Program-made: the position numbers and the translations under genes | Notes under the pieces: model-generated | What the model was told of the DNA's origin: nothing | What the model saw: the letters and a program-made list of their open reading frames with translations, nothing else | The model's database searches: none | Shown here: in pieces, positions 44,585 to 56,422 of the stretch | Position numbering within the stretch: position 1 is the first letter of the stretch | Layout: every line of letters starts with the position of its first letter | Source of the DNA: Alphaproteobacteria bacterium | Lineage (GTDB): Bacteria; Pseudomonadota; Alphaproteobacteria; Rs-D84 | Length of the DNA stretch: 64,000 nt | Assembly (NCBI GenBank): GCA_024402765.1 | Contig: JAKSTC010000001.1 | Span: 133,785 to 197,784 of the forward strand | Direction: 5' to 3'

Positions 44585-46255
44585 ATGAAGTGTGTTATTT
44601 ATTGTAGGGTTTCAACAGAAAAACAAATAAAAAATGGTTCTGGTATAGAAAGCCAAAAGATAGCTTGTATAAAACATGCTGCATTTTATGGCTATGAAGT
44701 TATACATATCTATGAAGATAAGGCAAAATCCGGTAAAAATACGGATAGAGATGCTTTACAACAGATGTTACAGTTTTTGAAACATTCTCAAGAACCTGTT
44801 GTAGTGCTTGTATATGATTTATCGAGGCTTTCTAGGGAGCTGTCTGATTTTTCAAGTATTAAAAAAGAAATTTTTAACCACAAACACAGTTTAGCCACAG
44901 CTAATAATGGCACCTTTAATGATACACCTGAAAGCAATATGATGGCAAATATGCAATTATCGTTTGCCCAATATGAAAGAGAATATGGGGCAGAAAGAAG
45001 TAAAAAAAATATGAAATTATTTGCTGAACAGGGTTATTGGATGTTTCAAATGCCACCTGGTTATAAAAGAGGCAAAAATGCTAGAAAAAACCATCTGTTA
45101 AGAGATGAACCCCTTGCTACAATACTAGAAAATGCCTTAAATAAATTTGCATCTGCTGAATTATTGCTTCAAAAAGATGTTCAAGATTATTTGATACAAC
45201 AATTTACTCTTAACCATATGGATATACCTAAAAACATACAGGATTATACCAAAAGGTTGTTAATGCAGGAAAAATATACTGGTTATGGTTCTTATTCCAA
45301 GTGGAACATACCGTATCAAAAATGGTATATAGAACCTTTAATAAGTGTTTATACATATGAACAAATACAAAAGAGATTACACAAAATCACTAGGGTTACA
45401 AATGCTTCTTATAATGAAACAGATCCAAGATTTCCTTTAAGGGGGCAAATAAGGTGTCCTTATTGCGGGGGGCTTATTTCTGGTAGTATGACAAAAAGTG
45501 GAAAATATCCATACTATTATTGCAATAAAACAGGGTGTAAAGGAAAAGCTCAAATCAACGTCACGCCAGATAGATTGCATAAAGATTTTGAAAATTTGTT
45601 AAGTTCTATTTCTACAAAATATCAGTTTGTAAATGTGTTTAGGGATTTAGCTCATAAATTATATTTGAATCATATAGATAAAAGTGCTAGCAACATAAAA
45701 TATCTGCAAGCAAAGTTCAATGATATTACAAAAGAAATAGAAAAAACTTTTGCGACGTTGAATGAAGCAACAAACGATTTGGTAAAGAAATATACAGAAG
45801 AACAACTCAATGGTTTGTTGCAACAACAAGAATCTATAAAAGAGCAGATACGTCGTCCGCAAAAAGAAGTTATGAATTTTGATACTGCATTTGATTATCT
45901 ATTACAGGTTATCAATAATCCTGTATATATGTGGCGTAATGGTGATTATTATATTAGAAAACAGTTATGTGATATAATCTTCATAAAAAAGCCAAAATAT
46001 AGAAAAAGCACCCTTTTTTATGACTATGAATTAGCACCAATATTTTATGAACTAGACAGTATGTATTCTTTAATGGTTGATATTTTAGGTAAAGATATAG
46101 CAAAAGTCATATCCACAGCACCCGAGGACTTATTGGTCCTACATGACACAGATTGCACACAAGATATTTTTACAGATTGTAGGACCACAGCAAAACCACA
46201 GATTTCTGGGAAAAATAGTCCTGTTTTACACATCAACTCTTATCTGGTGCCCTAA
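44585..46255 (+). CDS. Large serine recombinase (integrase 2). The ORF ends at a stop supplied by tRNA-Thr sequence.
   Basis: VIYCRVSTEKQ, SRLSRE, zinc ribbon CPYCGG...CNKTGC, coiled coil. Start set at MKCVIY behind the G-rich RBS. Terminates ...NSYLVP* inside att core C. Confidence 0.85.
   Translation: MKCVIYCRVSTEKQIKNGSGIESQKIACIKHAAFYGYEVIHIYEDKAKSGKNTDRDALQQMLQFLKHSQEPVVVLVYDLSRLSRELSDFSSIKKEIFNHKHSLATANNGTFNDTPESNMMANMQLSFAQYEREYGAERSKKNMKLFAEQGYWMFQMPPGYKRGKNARKNHLLRDEPLATILENALNKFASAELLLQKDVQDYLIQQFTLNHMDIPKNIQDYTKRLLMQEKYTGYGSYSKWNIPYQKWYIEPLISVYTYEQIQKRLHKITRVTNASYNETDPRFPLRGQIRCPYCGGLISGSMTKSGKYPYYYCNKTGCKGKAQINVTPDRLHKDFENLLSSISTKYQFVNVFRDLAHKLYLNHIDKSASNIKYLQAKFNDITKEIEKTFATLNEATNDLVKKYTEEQLNGLLQQQESIKEQIRRPQKEVMNFDTAFDYLLQVINNPVYMWRNGDYYIRKQLCDIIFIKKPKYRKSTLFYDYELAPIFYELDSMYSLMVDILGKDIAKVISTAPEDLLVLHDTDCTQDIFTDCRTTAKPQISGKNSPVLHINSYLVP
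46244..46252. repeat. att core copy C (right end, inside the tRNA-Thr 3' end)
   Basis: CTGGTGCCC is the reverse complement of the acceptor 3' strand GGGCACCA(G). Confidence 0.65.
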
Positions 46256-46318
46256 GCAAGAATCGGACTTGCGACTCGTCCTTACCAAGGACGTGTTTTA
46301 CCACTAGACTATTAGGGC
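46245..46318 (-). tRNA. tRNA-Thr(GGT), CCA encoded
   Basis: Reverse complement is GCCCTAATAGTCTAGTGGTAAAACACGTCCTTGGTAAGGACGAGTCGCAAGTCCGATTCTTGCTTAGGGCACCA. Perfect acceptor and anticodon stems. The T-loop is TCCGATT (C at position 55), and the D stem has one mismatch. Confidence 0.85.
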
Positions 46319-46426
46319 CGTGTTTCAATCATTATATATACCCCCAACAAAAAATCAACATATAATTAAATACTTTGGTTTATGTGCAAAATATGATAAA
46401 ATTACCACACATATACAGGCAGAGAG

Positions 46427-48208
46427 ATGACAAAAAAAACAGACACCAGCAATCAAACATTACCTAAATCTTTATGGAAATTTTATTTTCAATATGCTGC
46501 TAAACCAATGATATGGTTTTTGGGAGCGTGGGCATTTTTGGCGATAGTTTGGGATATTGGCAATTCTACGTGGTGGCCAATGTCACAACGTAAAATTGTG
46601 GAGTTGTTTGAAAACGGTATTACTGGTGCCGGATTTTTTGAACACGGTTTGTGGACAATCGCCCTTATAATTTGTGCATTTTTAATGTTTGACGTTATGT
46701 GTACGGTGCAAGAATATATGAGCGCACACTGGCGTCCGTTGGCGCGTAAAAGAATAAGTGAAACTTTGACTAATTATGTGCATACCCAATCAATGTCTTT
46801 CTTTAATAATCGTATTCCCGGAAAAATTAACAGCCAAATCAATTATGTAAGTCAAGGATTTGAAACACTATATGATTTTGTTACTATCACGTCCACATTG
46901 GGTGTGATCGTATTAAACATGGGGTTGGTGTTAAGTATAAATAAATATGTCGCATTGGTATTGTTGGGGTCATTTATATTCCGTGTTTTATACTCGGTCC
47001 TAATGATGAAACCTGTGACACGTGCATCCAAGACAACATCTGAATCTTCATCCCACCTATCGGGGCATATTGTTGATTCCATATCTGGGTTTTCAATTGT
47101 AAAACTTTTCAATGGCGCATCACGCGAAAGCAGATACTTAGAACCCCTGCGCACAAAAAACGTCAAAGATCAAATCCATTCGTCTTTCTTGCAACGTATT
47201 ATGTGGGTTATTCCTATATTTTTGTGGGATTTCTTATTCGGTGCCGTATTGGTTTTAATGTTGGTATTATATATACACGGCAATATTAAGGTTAGTGAAA
47301 TAGTATTTACCCTTTCTGTATACCAAGTTGTGCAGGGAAATATCGGACATATTGCACGAACAATACCACGAATTGTTGACACAATCGGTTCTGCAGTGCA
47401 CTCGTATAAAGAAATCAATCAACCAATTGATATTATGGATGCCGATGATGCAGCATCATTGGTTGTAAGTCATGGAAAAATTGAATTCAAAAATATATCT
47501 TTTAAATACAAAAAGAAGTATGTTTTGCGTGATTTGAACCTGACTATTAAGCCGGGTGAAAGTGTTGGTTTGGTCGGAACATCGGGTGCCGGCAAAACAA
47601 CATTGGTAAATTTGTTAATGCGACTTTATGATCCAACACATGGGCAAATACTGATAGACGGACAAGATATAAAACATGTAACACAAAACTCATTACGTGA
47701 TGCGATATCATTTATCCCCCAGGATCCAATGATGTTTAATCGCACACTGCGTGAAAATATCGCATACGGTAAGCCAGATGCCACAGATTCTGAAATTCAT
47801 GCCGCTGCACACAAGGCCGCCGCAGATGGCTTTATAAACGCGTCAGAGAAAAAATATGAATCTACCGTTGGCGACCGTGGAATAAAATTGTCTGGTGGGC
47901 AACGGCAACGCGTGGCGATTGCGCGTGCTTTCTTGAAAAATGCACCTGTTTTAATATTGGATGAGGCAACATCGGCACTTGATAGCGAGACCGAGGTTGC
48001 AATTCAAAATTCTTTTGAAAAGTTGTCAAGCGGCCGCACGACAATCGCTATTGCACACCGCCTGTCAACATTGCGCAATATGGACAGAATTATAGTGTTA
48101 GATAAAGGGCATATTATTGAATCTGGGACCCATCAATCATTATTACGCAAGAAAGGCCACTATGCAAAATTGTGGAAAATGCAATCCGGTGGCTTCTTGC
48201 AAGAATAA
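46427..48208 (+). CDS. ABC transporter permease/ATP-binding fusion (MsbA-like exporter half-transporter)
   Basis: Six-TM domain followed by Walker A GTSGAGKTT, LSGGQRQR and ILDEATSALD. Confidence 0.85.
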   Translation: MTKKTDTSNQTLPKSLWKFYFQYAAKPMIWFLGAWAFLAIVWDIGNSTWWPMSQRKIVELFENGITGAGFFEHGLWTIALIICAFLMFDVMCTVQEYMSAHWRPLARKRISETLTNYVHTQSMSFFNNRIPGKINSQINYVSQGFETLYDFVTITSTLGVIVLNMGLVLSINKYVALVLLGSFIFRVLYSVLMMKPVTRASKTTSESSSHLSGHIVDSISGFSIVKLFNGASRESRYLEPLRTKNVKDQIHSSFLQRIMWVIPIFLWDFLFGAVLVLMLVLYIHGNIKVSEIVFTLSVYQVVQGNIGHIARTIPRIVDTIGSAVHSYKEINQPIDIMDADDAASLVVSHGKIEFKNISFKYKKKYVLRDLNLTIKPGESVGLVGTSGAGKTTLVNLLMRLYDPTHGQILIDGQDIKHVTQNSLRDAISFIPQDPMMFNRTLRENIAYGKPDATDSEIHAAAHKAAADGFINASEKKYESTVGDRGIKLSGGQRQRVAIARAFLKNAPVLILDEATSALDSETEVAIQNSFEKLSSGRTTIAIAHRLSTLRNMDRIIVLDKGHIIESGTHQSLLRKKGHYAKLWKMQSGGFLQE

Positions 48209-48218
48209 AAGGTAAAAA

Positions 48219-48944
48219 ATGAAAATAAGTGTAAGACCAATGACCTTAGAAGAAGTGTGGGAGTTTGTGCTTGACATACACCACTCTTTTCATACACATT
48301 TGAAACATTTTGGGTACACAATAAATAGTTTTGTTCCAAAACCAAAACATCCGATAATCCAAGAAATGTTTGCAAAAGAAGCCCTTAATGATGCAGATAT
48401 AAACAAATACTATAATTTTTTCAAAAACGAAATATACGATGTCACGCATTTAACAAAGTACCAAGAAACACTAACATCATATATTGCACCCACAATGGAT
48501 CGTTGTATTAACGAAAAATTGGTTCCTTTGCTAAAATCTTGGAATACCACAATGCCACAAGAATTAGAAATTTTATGTACGTATGGTGCTGGAGCTTCAT
48601 ATAGCAGAAAATCAGATGATAAAGCAAAAATTATATTCCGCATGTCCAGATATCCTGATGATAAAGAGGCCATGTTAAACACAATGCTACACGAATTTAT
48701 TCATCTTTTAATAGAAGATTCAATTATCCAAAAATATAATGTTCCACAAAATTTCAAAGAACGTATTGTTGATATTATAGGCACGGAATTTTTTGGTAAA
48801 CATATTCAAGAAAGATTTATAAACCCGTTTGTTGATAAATATATAACCCCAGAAAATATCAAAAAAGATTTACCCTGTAGCATTGCTAAAATGATGGCAG
48901 ATTATTTGACACTACAAACAATAAATCAAGCAAATAAAAGGTAA
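48219..48944 (+). CDS. Hypothetical protein with HExxH motif (possible metallopeptidase)
   Basis: MLHEFIHLLIED contains HEFIH. The gene is wedged between the two ABC genes with gaps of 10 and 3 nt. Confidence 0.35.
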   Translation: MKISVRPMTLEEVWEFVLDIHHSFHTHLKHFGYTINSFVPKPKHPIIQEMFAKEALNDADINKYYNFFKNEIYDVTHLTKYQETLTSYIAPTMDRCINEKLVPLLKSWNTTMPQELEILCTYGAGASYSRKSDDKAKIIFRMSRYPDDKEAMLNTMLHEFIHLLIEDSIIQKYNVPQNFKERIVDIIGTEFFGKHIQERFINPFVDKYITPENIKKDLPCSIAKMMADYLTLQTINQANKR

Positions 48945-48947
48945 AAA

Positions 48948-50693
48948 ATGAAAGATTTTCCGAAAACAGTTCGTGGTTTTTATTGGTTGGTTATAAAAAA
49001 ATTTCCATTTTATTTTGGAACAATATTCACTATTGGTATTGTCGGTAATGTTTTCAATATGATTTTTGAGCCACTTTCATCTAAATGGATGATGCAAATT
49101 TTTGAGAATGCTTTTAATACAGATTGGTTAACCGTTTTGAAATTATTTGCATTATTGGGTGGAATGTATTTTTTTACCGTATTTTTAAATATGTTTTCAT
49201 CTATACTTCATGGTCACAAGCAACAAATATTTAATCGGTATAAGTTATACTTACTATATAAAAGAATATATTCAAACGATATTGCGTTTTTTATTGACAC
49301 CCCCAGTGGTCAAATCGTTTCCCAATCACAAGAAATATCTATGCGCTTAGATTTTTTGATGGACACCTTTTGGACTGAACTTATTGGTTCTATTATTGGT
49401 TTCTTGTTCATCATTGGTTCTATGTTCACAATGAACATCTGGCTTGTTGTGCTTTTATTATCATACGGTGCTATAAAGGTTGTATGGGAATGGTCTGTGC
49501 AAAAACGAATAAAAGAAAATTCCCAAGCAGAAATGGAAGAAGATTCTAAATATAGTGGATTGCGTAGCGACAGTTTAAATAATGCACTAACCGTCAAATA
49601 CTTTGCAAATCAAGAATACGAAAATATGTATATTTACAAAGGACGTGCAAATCTGATTAAAATTTTCCAAAAAAGATATTATTTAAACCGGTTGCAATCG
49701 TTACCAACAAGCACATTGTGGACAATCGTAAGGTTGGTAATGTTGGCATTGTGTTTTGTTCTTATAAAAAATGGTAGTTTACAAATATCTGATGCTGTGT
49801 TTGTTGTGTCTGCTGCAACATCTATAAATGTTGCTTTTAACAAAATAAATCTCTCTCTGCGCAGATATTCAACAACATCGGCACGTGCCGCCAAAGCATA
49901 TGAAAGCGTTATTGCACCAATTAAAATCCAAGACAAAGAAAATGCCAAAAACCTGCGTATAAAAAAAGCAACGGTTGAATTTGAAAATGTTTCTTTTGCT
50001 TATGGTAAAAACAAAGTATTTCACAACTTTAACCTGAATATAGGCAATGCTGAAAAGGTTGGAATTGTCGGTCTATCTGGTGCAGGTAAAACAACACTGT
50101 GTAATCTATTGCTACGTATGTATGATGTTGATAGCGGTGCTATTAAAATTGATGGAAACGATATACGCGACATAAAGCAAGATTCACTATTGAAAAACAT
50201 TTCATATGTTCCCCAAGAAACAACTCTGTTTAATCGCACTATTCTGGAAAATATAAAATATGCAAAACCATCTGCAACGAAAAAAGAGGTAATTGCCGCT
50301 GCCAAAAAAGCAAACATTCATGACTTTATTATCAAACTACCCAACGGATATAATACTTTGGTTGGTAATAACGGTATAAGATTGTCTGGTGGTCAACGGC
50401 AACGCGTATCTATTGCACGTGCATTGCTCAAAAATGCACCGATTTTGATGTTAGACGAAGCAACATCTGCCCTGGATTCACAAAACGAACAAATGATTCA
50501 GAAATCCCTTGCAATTGCAATGCACGGTAAAACAACACTGGTCATCGCACACAGGTTATCGACACTTAAAAACATGGATAGAATTGTTGTTATTAAAAAC
50601 GGTAAAATCATAGAAACAGGAAATCATAATCAACTGCTACGCCAAAACGGTGAATATAGCAAATTATGGTGTATCCAGACCAAGAAAAAATAA
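48948..50693 (+). CDS. ABC transporter permease/ATP-binding fusion (exporter half-transporter)
   Basis: TM domain followed by GLSGAGKTT, LSGGQRQR and MLDEATSALD. Confidence 0.85.
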   Translation: MKDFPKTVRGFYWLVIKKFPFYFGTIFTIGIVGNVFNMIFEPLSSKWMMQIFENAFNTDWLTVLKLFALLGGMYFFTVFLNMFSSILHGHKQQIFNRYKLYLLYKRIYSNDIAFFIDTPSGQIVSQSQEISMRLDFLMDTFWTELIGSIIGFLFIIGSMFTMNIWLVVLLLSYGAIKVVWEWSVQKRIKENSQAEMEEDSKYSGLRSDSLNNALTVKYFANQEYENMYIYKGRANLIKIFQKRYYLNRLQSLPTSTLWTIVRLVMLALCFVLIKNGSLQISDAVFVVSAATSINVAFNKINLSLRRYSTTSARAAKAYESVIAPIKIQDKENAKNLRIKKATVEFENVSFAYGKNKVFHNFNLNIGNAEKVGIVGLSGAGKTTLCNLLLRMYDVDSGAIKIDGNDIRDIKQDSLLKNISYVPQETTLFNRTILENIKYAKPSATKKEVIAAAKKANIHDFIIKLPNGYNTLVGNNGIRLSGGQRQRVSIARALLKNAPILMLDEATSALDSQNEQMIQKSLAIAMHGKTTLVIAHRLSTLKNMDRIVVIKNGKIIETGNHNQLLRQNGEYSKLWCIQTKKK

Positions 50694-50694
50694 C

Positions 50695-51480
50695 CTATCG
50701 TTTTAACAAAACAAACGCAGTATCAACTGTTCCAGCGACATCTATATTATTGCCTGTGTCAGATTTCACAAAATGTGCCAGGTATTCTATATTTCCACTG
50801 CCCCCTGTAATTGGTGAATATGTTAAGCCCGCACACACAAAACCAATCTGAACAAAACCATTTATTACATCTGTAATAACATTTTTATGAACATCTTTAT
50901 TTAACACAACACCGCGATATTTTTCTGATAACTCTGGTCCACATTCAAACTGTGGTTTTATTAAACAAATCACATCGCGTAAGTTTGGTAATGTCTTTAA
51001 CTTATCCAATATTTTTAGTACCGAAATAAAAGATACATCTATTGTTGCGATATCTGAACACGCAATAATATCATCAGAAATCGTTCTAAAATCTGTTTGT
51101 TCATACAAATCTATTTTTGGATTCCTGCGCAGTGATGGGTGCATTTGATCTGTTCCTGTATCAATTGCAACAATATGCCCAACACCCCTTTGCAACGCAC
51201 AATCTGAAAAACCACCAGTGGACGAACCAATATCAACCATACTGCGCCCAGATAAATCAACATTAAATACATTCAATGCCTGTTCCAATTTTAATCCGCC
51301 CCGCGACACATACGGCATTTTTTCACCCCGCACAGACAACAAATCAGTATTTTCAATATCAAAACTGGGTTTTGTTATCTGTTTATCACCATAAAACACG
51401 ATTCCAGATAATATTGCATCCTTGGCACGCGAACGTGTTTCAAACAAATTTGATTCAACCAAAGCAACATCTATTCTCAT
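50695..51480 (-). CDS. tlyA: TlyA-family rRNA 2'-O-methyltransferase (hemolysin A-like)
   Basis: S4 domain MRIDVALVESNLFETRSRAKDAI. FtsJ-like DIGSSTGGFSDCALQRG. Start set at MRIDVAL. Confidence 0.82.
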   Translation of the reverse strand: MRIDVALVESNLFETRSRAKDAILSGIVFYGDKQITKPSFDIENTDLLSVRGEKMPYVSRGGLKLEQALNVFNVDLSGRSMVDIGSSTGGFSDCALQRGVGHIVAIDTGTDQMHPSLRRNPKIDLYEQTDFRTISDDIIACSDIATIDVSFISVLKILDKLKTLPNLRDVICLIKPQFECGPELSEKYRGVVLNKDVHKNVITDVINGFVQIGFVCAGLTYSPITGGSGNIEYLAHFVKSDTGNNIDVAGTVDTAFVLLKR

Positions 51481-51563
51481 AATTGTAATTTTTACACACG
51501 AAACAAAAAAGTCAACCAACGCTTAGGCAAGTCCATTCACCATATCCCCATTACCAAAAATCA

Positions 51564-51584
51564 AACCCCGATAAAATCGGGGTT
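51564..51584 (-). terminator. Terminator downstream of tRNA-Met/Ile2
   Basis: AACCCCGA-taaaa-TCGGGGTT with a T-run on the minus strand. Confidence 0.6.
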
Positions 51585-51591
51585 AAATTTT

Positions 51592-51665
51592 TGGTAGCGG
51601 CGAAGGGATTTGGACCCCTGACCAAAGGATTATGATTCCTCTGCTCTACCACTGAGCTACGCCGC
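51592..51665 (-). tRNA. tRNA with CAT anticodon (elongator Met or lysidine-modified Ile2, not initiator-like)
   Basis: Reverse complement is GCGGCGTAGCTCAGTGGTAGAGCAGAGGAATCATAATCCTTTGGTCAGGGGTCCAAATCCCTTCGCCGCTACCA. The 1:72 pair is G:C and the anticodon stem lacks a GGG/CCC run. The T-loop is TCCAAAT. Confidence 0.85.
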
Positions 51666-51770
51666 CAATGTGGGCACATTATAACAAACAAAATTACAAT
51701 TGCAAGTAACAATTGCCGAAACCCAAATTCCTATTTGGAACCAATGGAAAATTATGATATAATCCTGGTT

Positions 51771-52352
51771 ATGAAAAAAATAAAATTATTATTCTTGCTA
51801 TTTATACCAACAGTTGCTTTTGGTGAACAACTACAGGTATGCAGCCCTAATATGAAAAACCCCTTTATGGGGACATATCAAAATCAGTTTGCCTTTGGCA
51901 TAGGCCAGGGTTTTGACACTGGTATTCTTTTTCCACCACCTGTGCGACCTGTCCCTTTTTATATTGGGACATTTCAATATTCTCAGCCGACTAGCTTTTT
52001 CAGGGTTCCTGCTCGTCGTTCTATAAACATATCAGAAACCGTTGGTTTTGGTGAAAAAAACGGTTGGAAATGGCAAGATTACTCAATTCCAATGATATAT
52101 TTCACCGAAGAAGTTGCCCTATTTCGTTATAACCGCCTGTATGGTGGTATTGGTGCTGGTGTTGGTTTGCAAGCAAAACAGAATGAGCGTTTGGGTGCAA
52201 AATTGTTATTTCAATTCAAGGTAACCTTTGGCTATAACATAAATAAAGAATGGGCAACAGAATTATTTATCCAACATTTTTCCAATGCTAATACTGCGGA
52301 CGAAAATAATTCCTATGCATTTTATGGGCTTGGTGTGACATATAATTTCTAA
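51771..52352 (+). CDS. Acyloxyacyl hydrolase / PagL-like lipid A deacylase outer-membrane protein
   Basis: Signal peptide MKKIKLLFLLFIPTVAFG. C-terminal HFSNAN (HxSN catalytic motif) and terminal aromatic YNF. Confidence 0.55.
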   Translation: MKKIKLLFLLFIPTVAFGEQLQVCSPNMKNPFMGTYQNQFAFGIGQGFDTGILFPPPVRPVPFYIGTFQYSQPTSFFRVPARRSINISETVGFGEKNGWKWQDYSIPMIYFTEEVALFRYNRLYGGIGAGVGLQAKQNERLGAKLLFQFKVTFGYNINKEWATELFIQHFSNANTADENNSYAFYGLGVTYNF

Positions 52353-52357
52353 AAAAC

Positions 52358-53020
52358 TTACCAAACTATTGGTGTTTTGTTGTGTGCAATTAAATATTCA
52401 TTTGCACGACTAAAATGATGATTTCCAAAAAATCCCCGATGCGCAGATAGTGGTGACGGATGCACACTTTTTAGAACCAGGTTTTTTGAAGCATCAACAA
52501 ATTCTGCCTTTTTCTGTGCATAACTGCCCCACAACATATAAACAACATTATCCTGTTTTGCAACCGCGCGTATTACCGCATCTGTAAATTGTTCCCATCC
52601 CTTACCCGCATGTGATGCAGCATTATGCGCCATAACCGTCAGGGTTGAGTTTAACAACAACACACCCTGATTTGCCCAATCTGTTAAATCACCATGTGTT
52701 TTGCTTTTACATCCTAAATCAGATTCTATTTCTTTATAAATATTTACTAGTGATGGTGGCAGCGTAATACCATTTGGCACAGAAAAGCATAGTCCCATTG
52801 CCTGGCCCGGTTCGTGATAGGGATCTTGACCGATGATAACAACCTTTACTTTGTCCAATGGACATAAATTAAACGCATTAAAAATATTTTTTGGTGCAGG
52901 ATAAATTGTTTTACCAGATAAATATTCTTGTCTAACAAAATCAGTTAGTTTAATAAAGTAATCTTTATCAAACTCTTCACTTAATGCCCTATTCCAAGAT
53001 TCTTCTATTTTTACATTCAT
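52358..53020 (-). CDS. ung: Uracil-DNA glycosylase (family 1)
   Basis: GQDPYH and HPSPLSA motifs. Start set at MNVKIEESW. Confidence 0.9.
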   Translation of the reverse strand: MNVKIEESWNRALSEEFDKDYFIKLTDFVRQEYLSGKTIYPAPKNIFNAFNLCPLDKVKVVIIGQDPYHEPGQAMGLCFSVPNGITLPPSLVNIYKEIESDLGCKSKTHGDLTDWANQGVLLLNSTLTVMAHNAASHAGKGWEQFTDAVIRAVAKQDNVVYMLWGSYAQKKAEFVDASKNLVLKSVHPSPLSAHRGFFGNHHFSRANEYLIAHNKTPIVW

Positions 53021-53664
53021 AATTTTATTAATCCTTGTTGACACGATTTCCATAAAACAACATCAATATATCCGCGTGGCAAACCTGTCTCGTCCACCAA
53101 ATGCGTGAACATATTATCACATGCACATTTTATATCGCTACATAAATGTCCATTATCTATTTTATCATATAATGCCGGATTTCCTGCGTATAGCACGCCC
53201 AAGCGCTGAATCCAAATATCATATTTAACAACATCCACCCCCAGATTACGCGCCAAATGATTTGCAGTAATTTTACCAATATGTGGAAGCGTAGATAAAA
53301 ATGCAATTTTTTCATCATCTGTTTTAACAGAATAATATTTTTCACACAAATTTTCTTTATTATTCCAAATTTTACAAATTGCATTTATTTTATTTTTATT
53401 TGCAAACATTTTTAATAAATCTTGGGGGCTTGCACCATTTTCAAAAATAAAATTCATTATTTTAGAATAAATTTTTTTTGCTGTTTTTTGTGAAAAACCA
53501 CCCGCCAGAATTACATAAGCACAATTTGATGCAAATTCTGACGGGGTATTTTTTTTGGGGTGTGATAAGTTATCTTTAATTTCGTCAAAACTTTGCGCAT
53601 CAGAGTCCACACCCATTTCACGCAAAGTCTTATCCAGATTTTCAAACCACACCCTATCAAACAT
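53017..53664 (-). CDS. HhH-motif DNA glycosylase-like protein (endonuclease III superfamily-like)
   Basis: [29 protein letters not shown] helix-hairpin-helix segment. Start set at MFDRVW, so the gene no longer overlaps gyrB. Confidence 0.4.
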   Translation of the reverse strand: MFDRVWFENLDKTLREMGVDSDAQSFDEIKDNLSHPKKNTPSEFASNCAYVILAGGFSQKTAKKIYSKIMNFIFENGASPQDLLKMFANKNKINAICKIWNNKENLCEKYYSVKTDDEKIAFLSTLPHIGKITANHLARNLGVDVVKYDIWIQRLGVLYAGNPALYDKIDNGHLCSDIKCACDNMFTHLVDETGLPRGYIDVVLWKSCQQGLIKL

Positions 53665-53665
53665 T

Positions 53666-56086
<2,421 letters not shown>

Positions 56087-56140
56087 CTATGTAAAACATA
56101 GCAATTTATGATATAATTATCAAGAAAAAAGGAGATTTTT

Positions 56141-56419
56141 ATGCAGGAAACAAATAAAACAGCAAAAACAAACAAAGCAAATTGTTTAACATGGAAAAAA
56201 TTTGCAAAAGACAATCAATTAGATCCAGAAAAAGCACTAGAAATTGCAAAATACTTTTATAAAAATCACCTAGTGATTCCATCCAATATTCTAGCGGAAC
56301 GTAAACCTATTGTTTATATGTCTAAAGCAAGCCATCATTCTGATGGTTATATAATTCATCAACTAGCAAAAGATATATTTCTGGCTAAATATAAAGAAAA
56401 ATACGGACAAAAGGATTAA
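56141..56419 (+). CDS. Hypothetical protein (first gene of a two-gene cassette)
   Basis: 92-aa ORF with the RBS aaaggag. No motif recognised. Confidence 0.35.
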   Translation: MQETNKTAKTNKANCLTWKKFAKDNQLDPEKALEIAKYFYKNHLVIPSNILAERKPIVYMSKASHHSDGYIIHQLAKDIFLAKYKEKYGQKD

Positions 56420-56422
56420 AAA

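Larger units (their letters stand above)
34672..46252 (+). mobile_element. Integrative element 2 (about 11.6 kb): resolvase, R-M-S enzyme, prim-pol, Dcm, large serine recombinase
   Basis: Bounded by att core B and core C (the tRNA-Thr 3' end). Visibly more AT-rich than the flanking core. Entirely accessory gene content. Confidence 0.65.
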
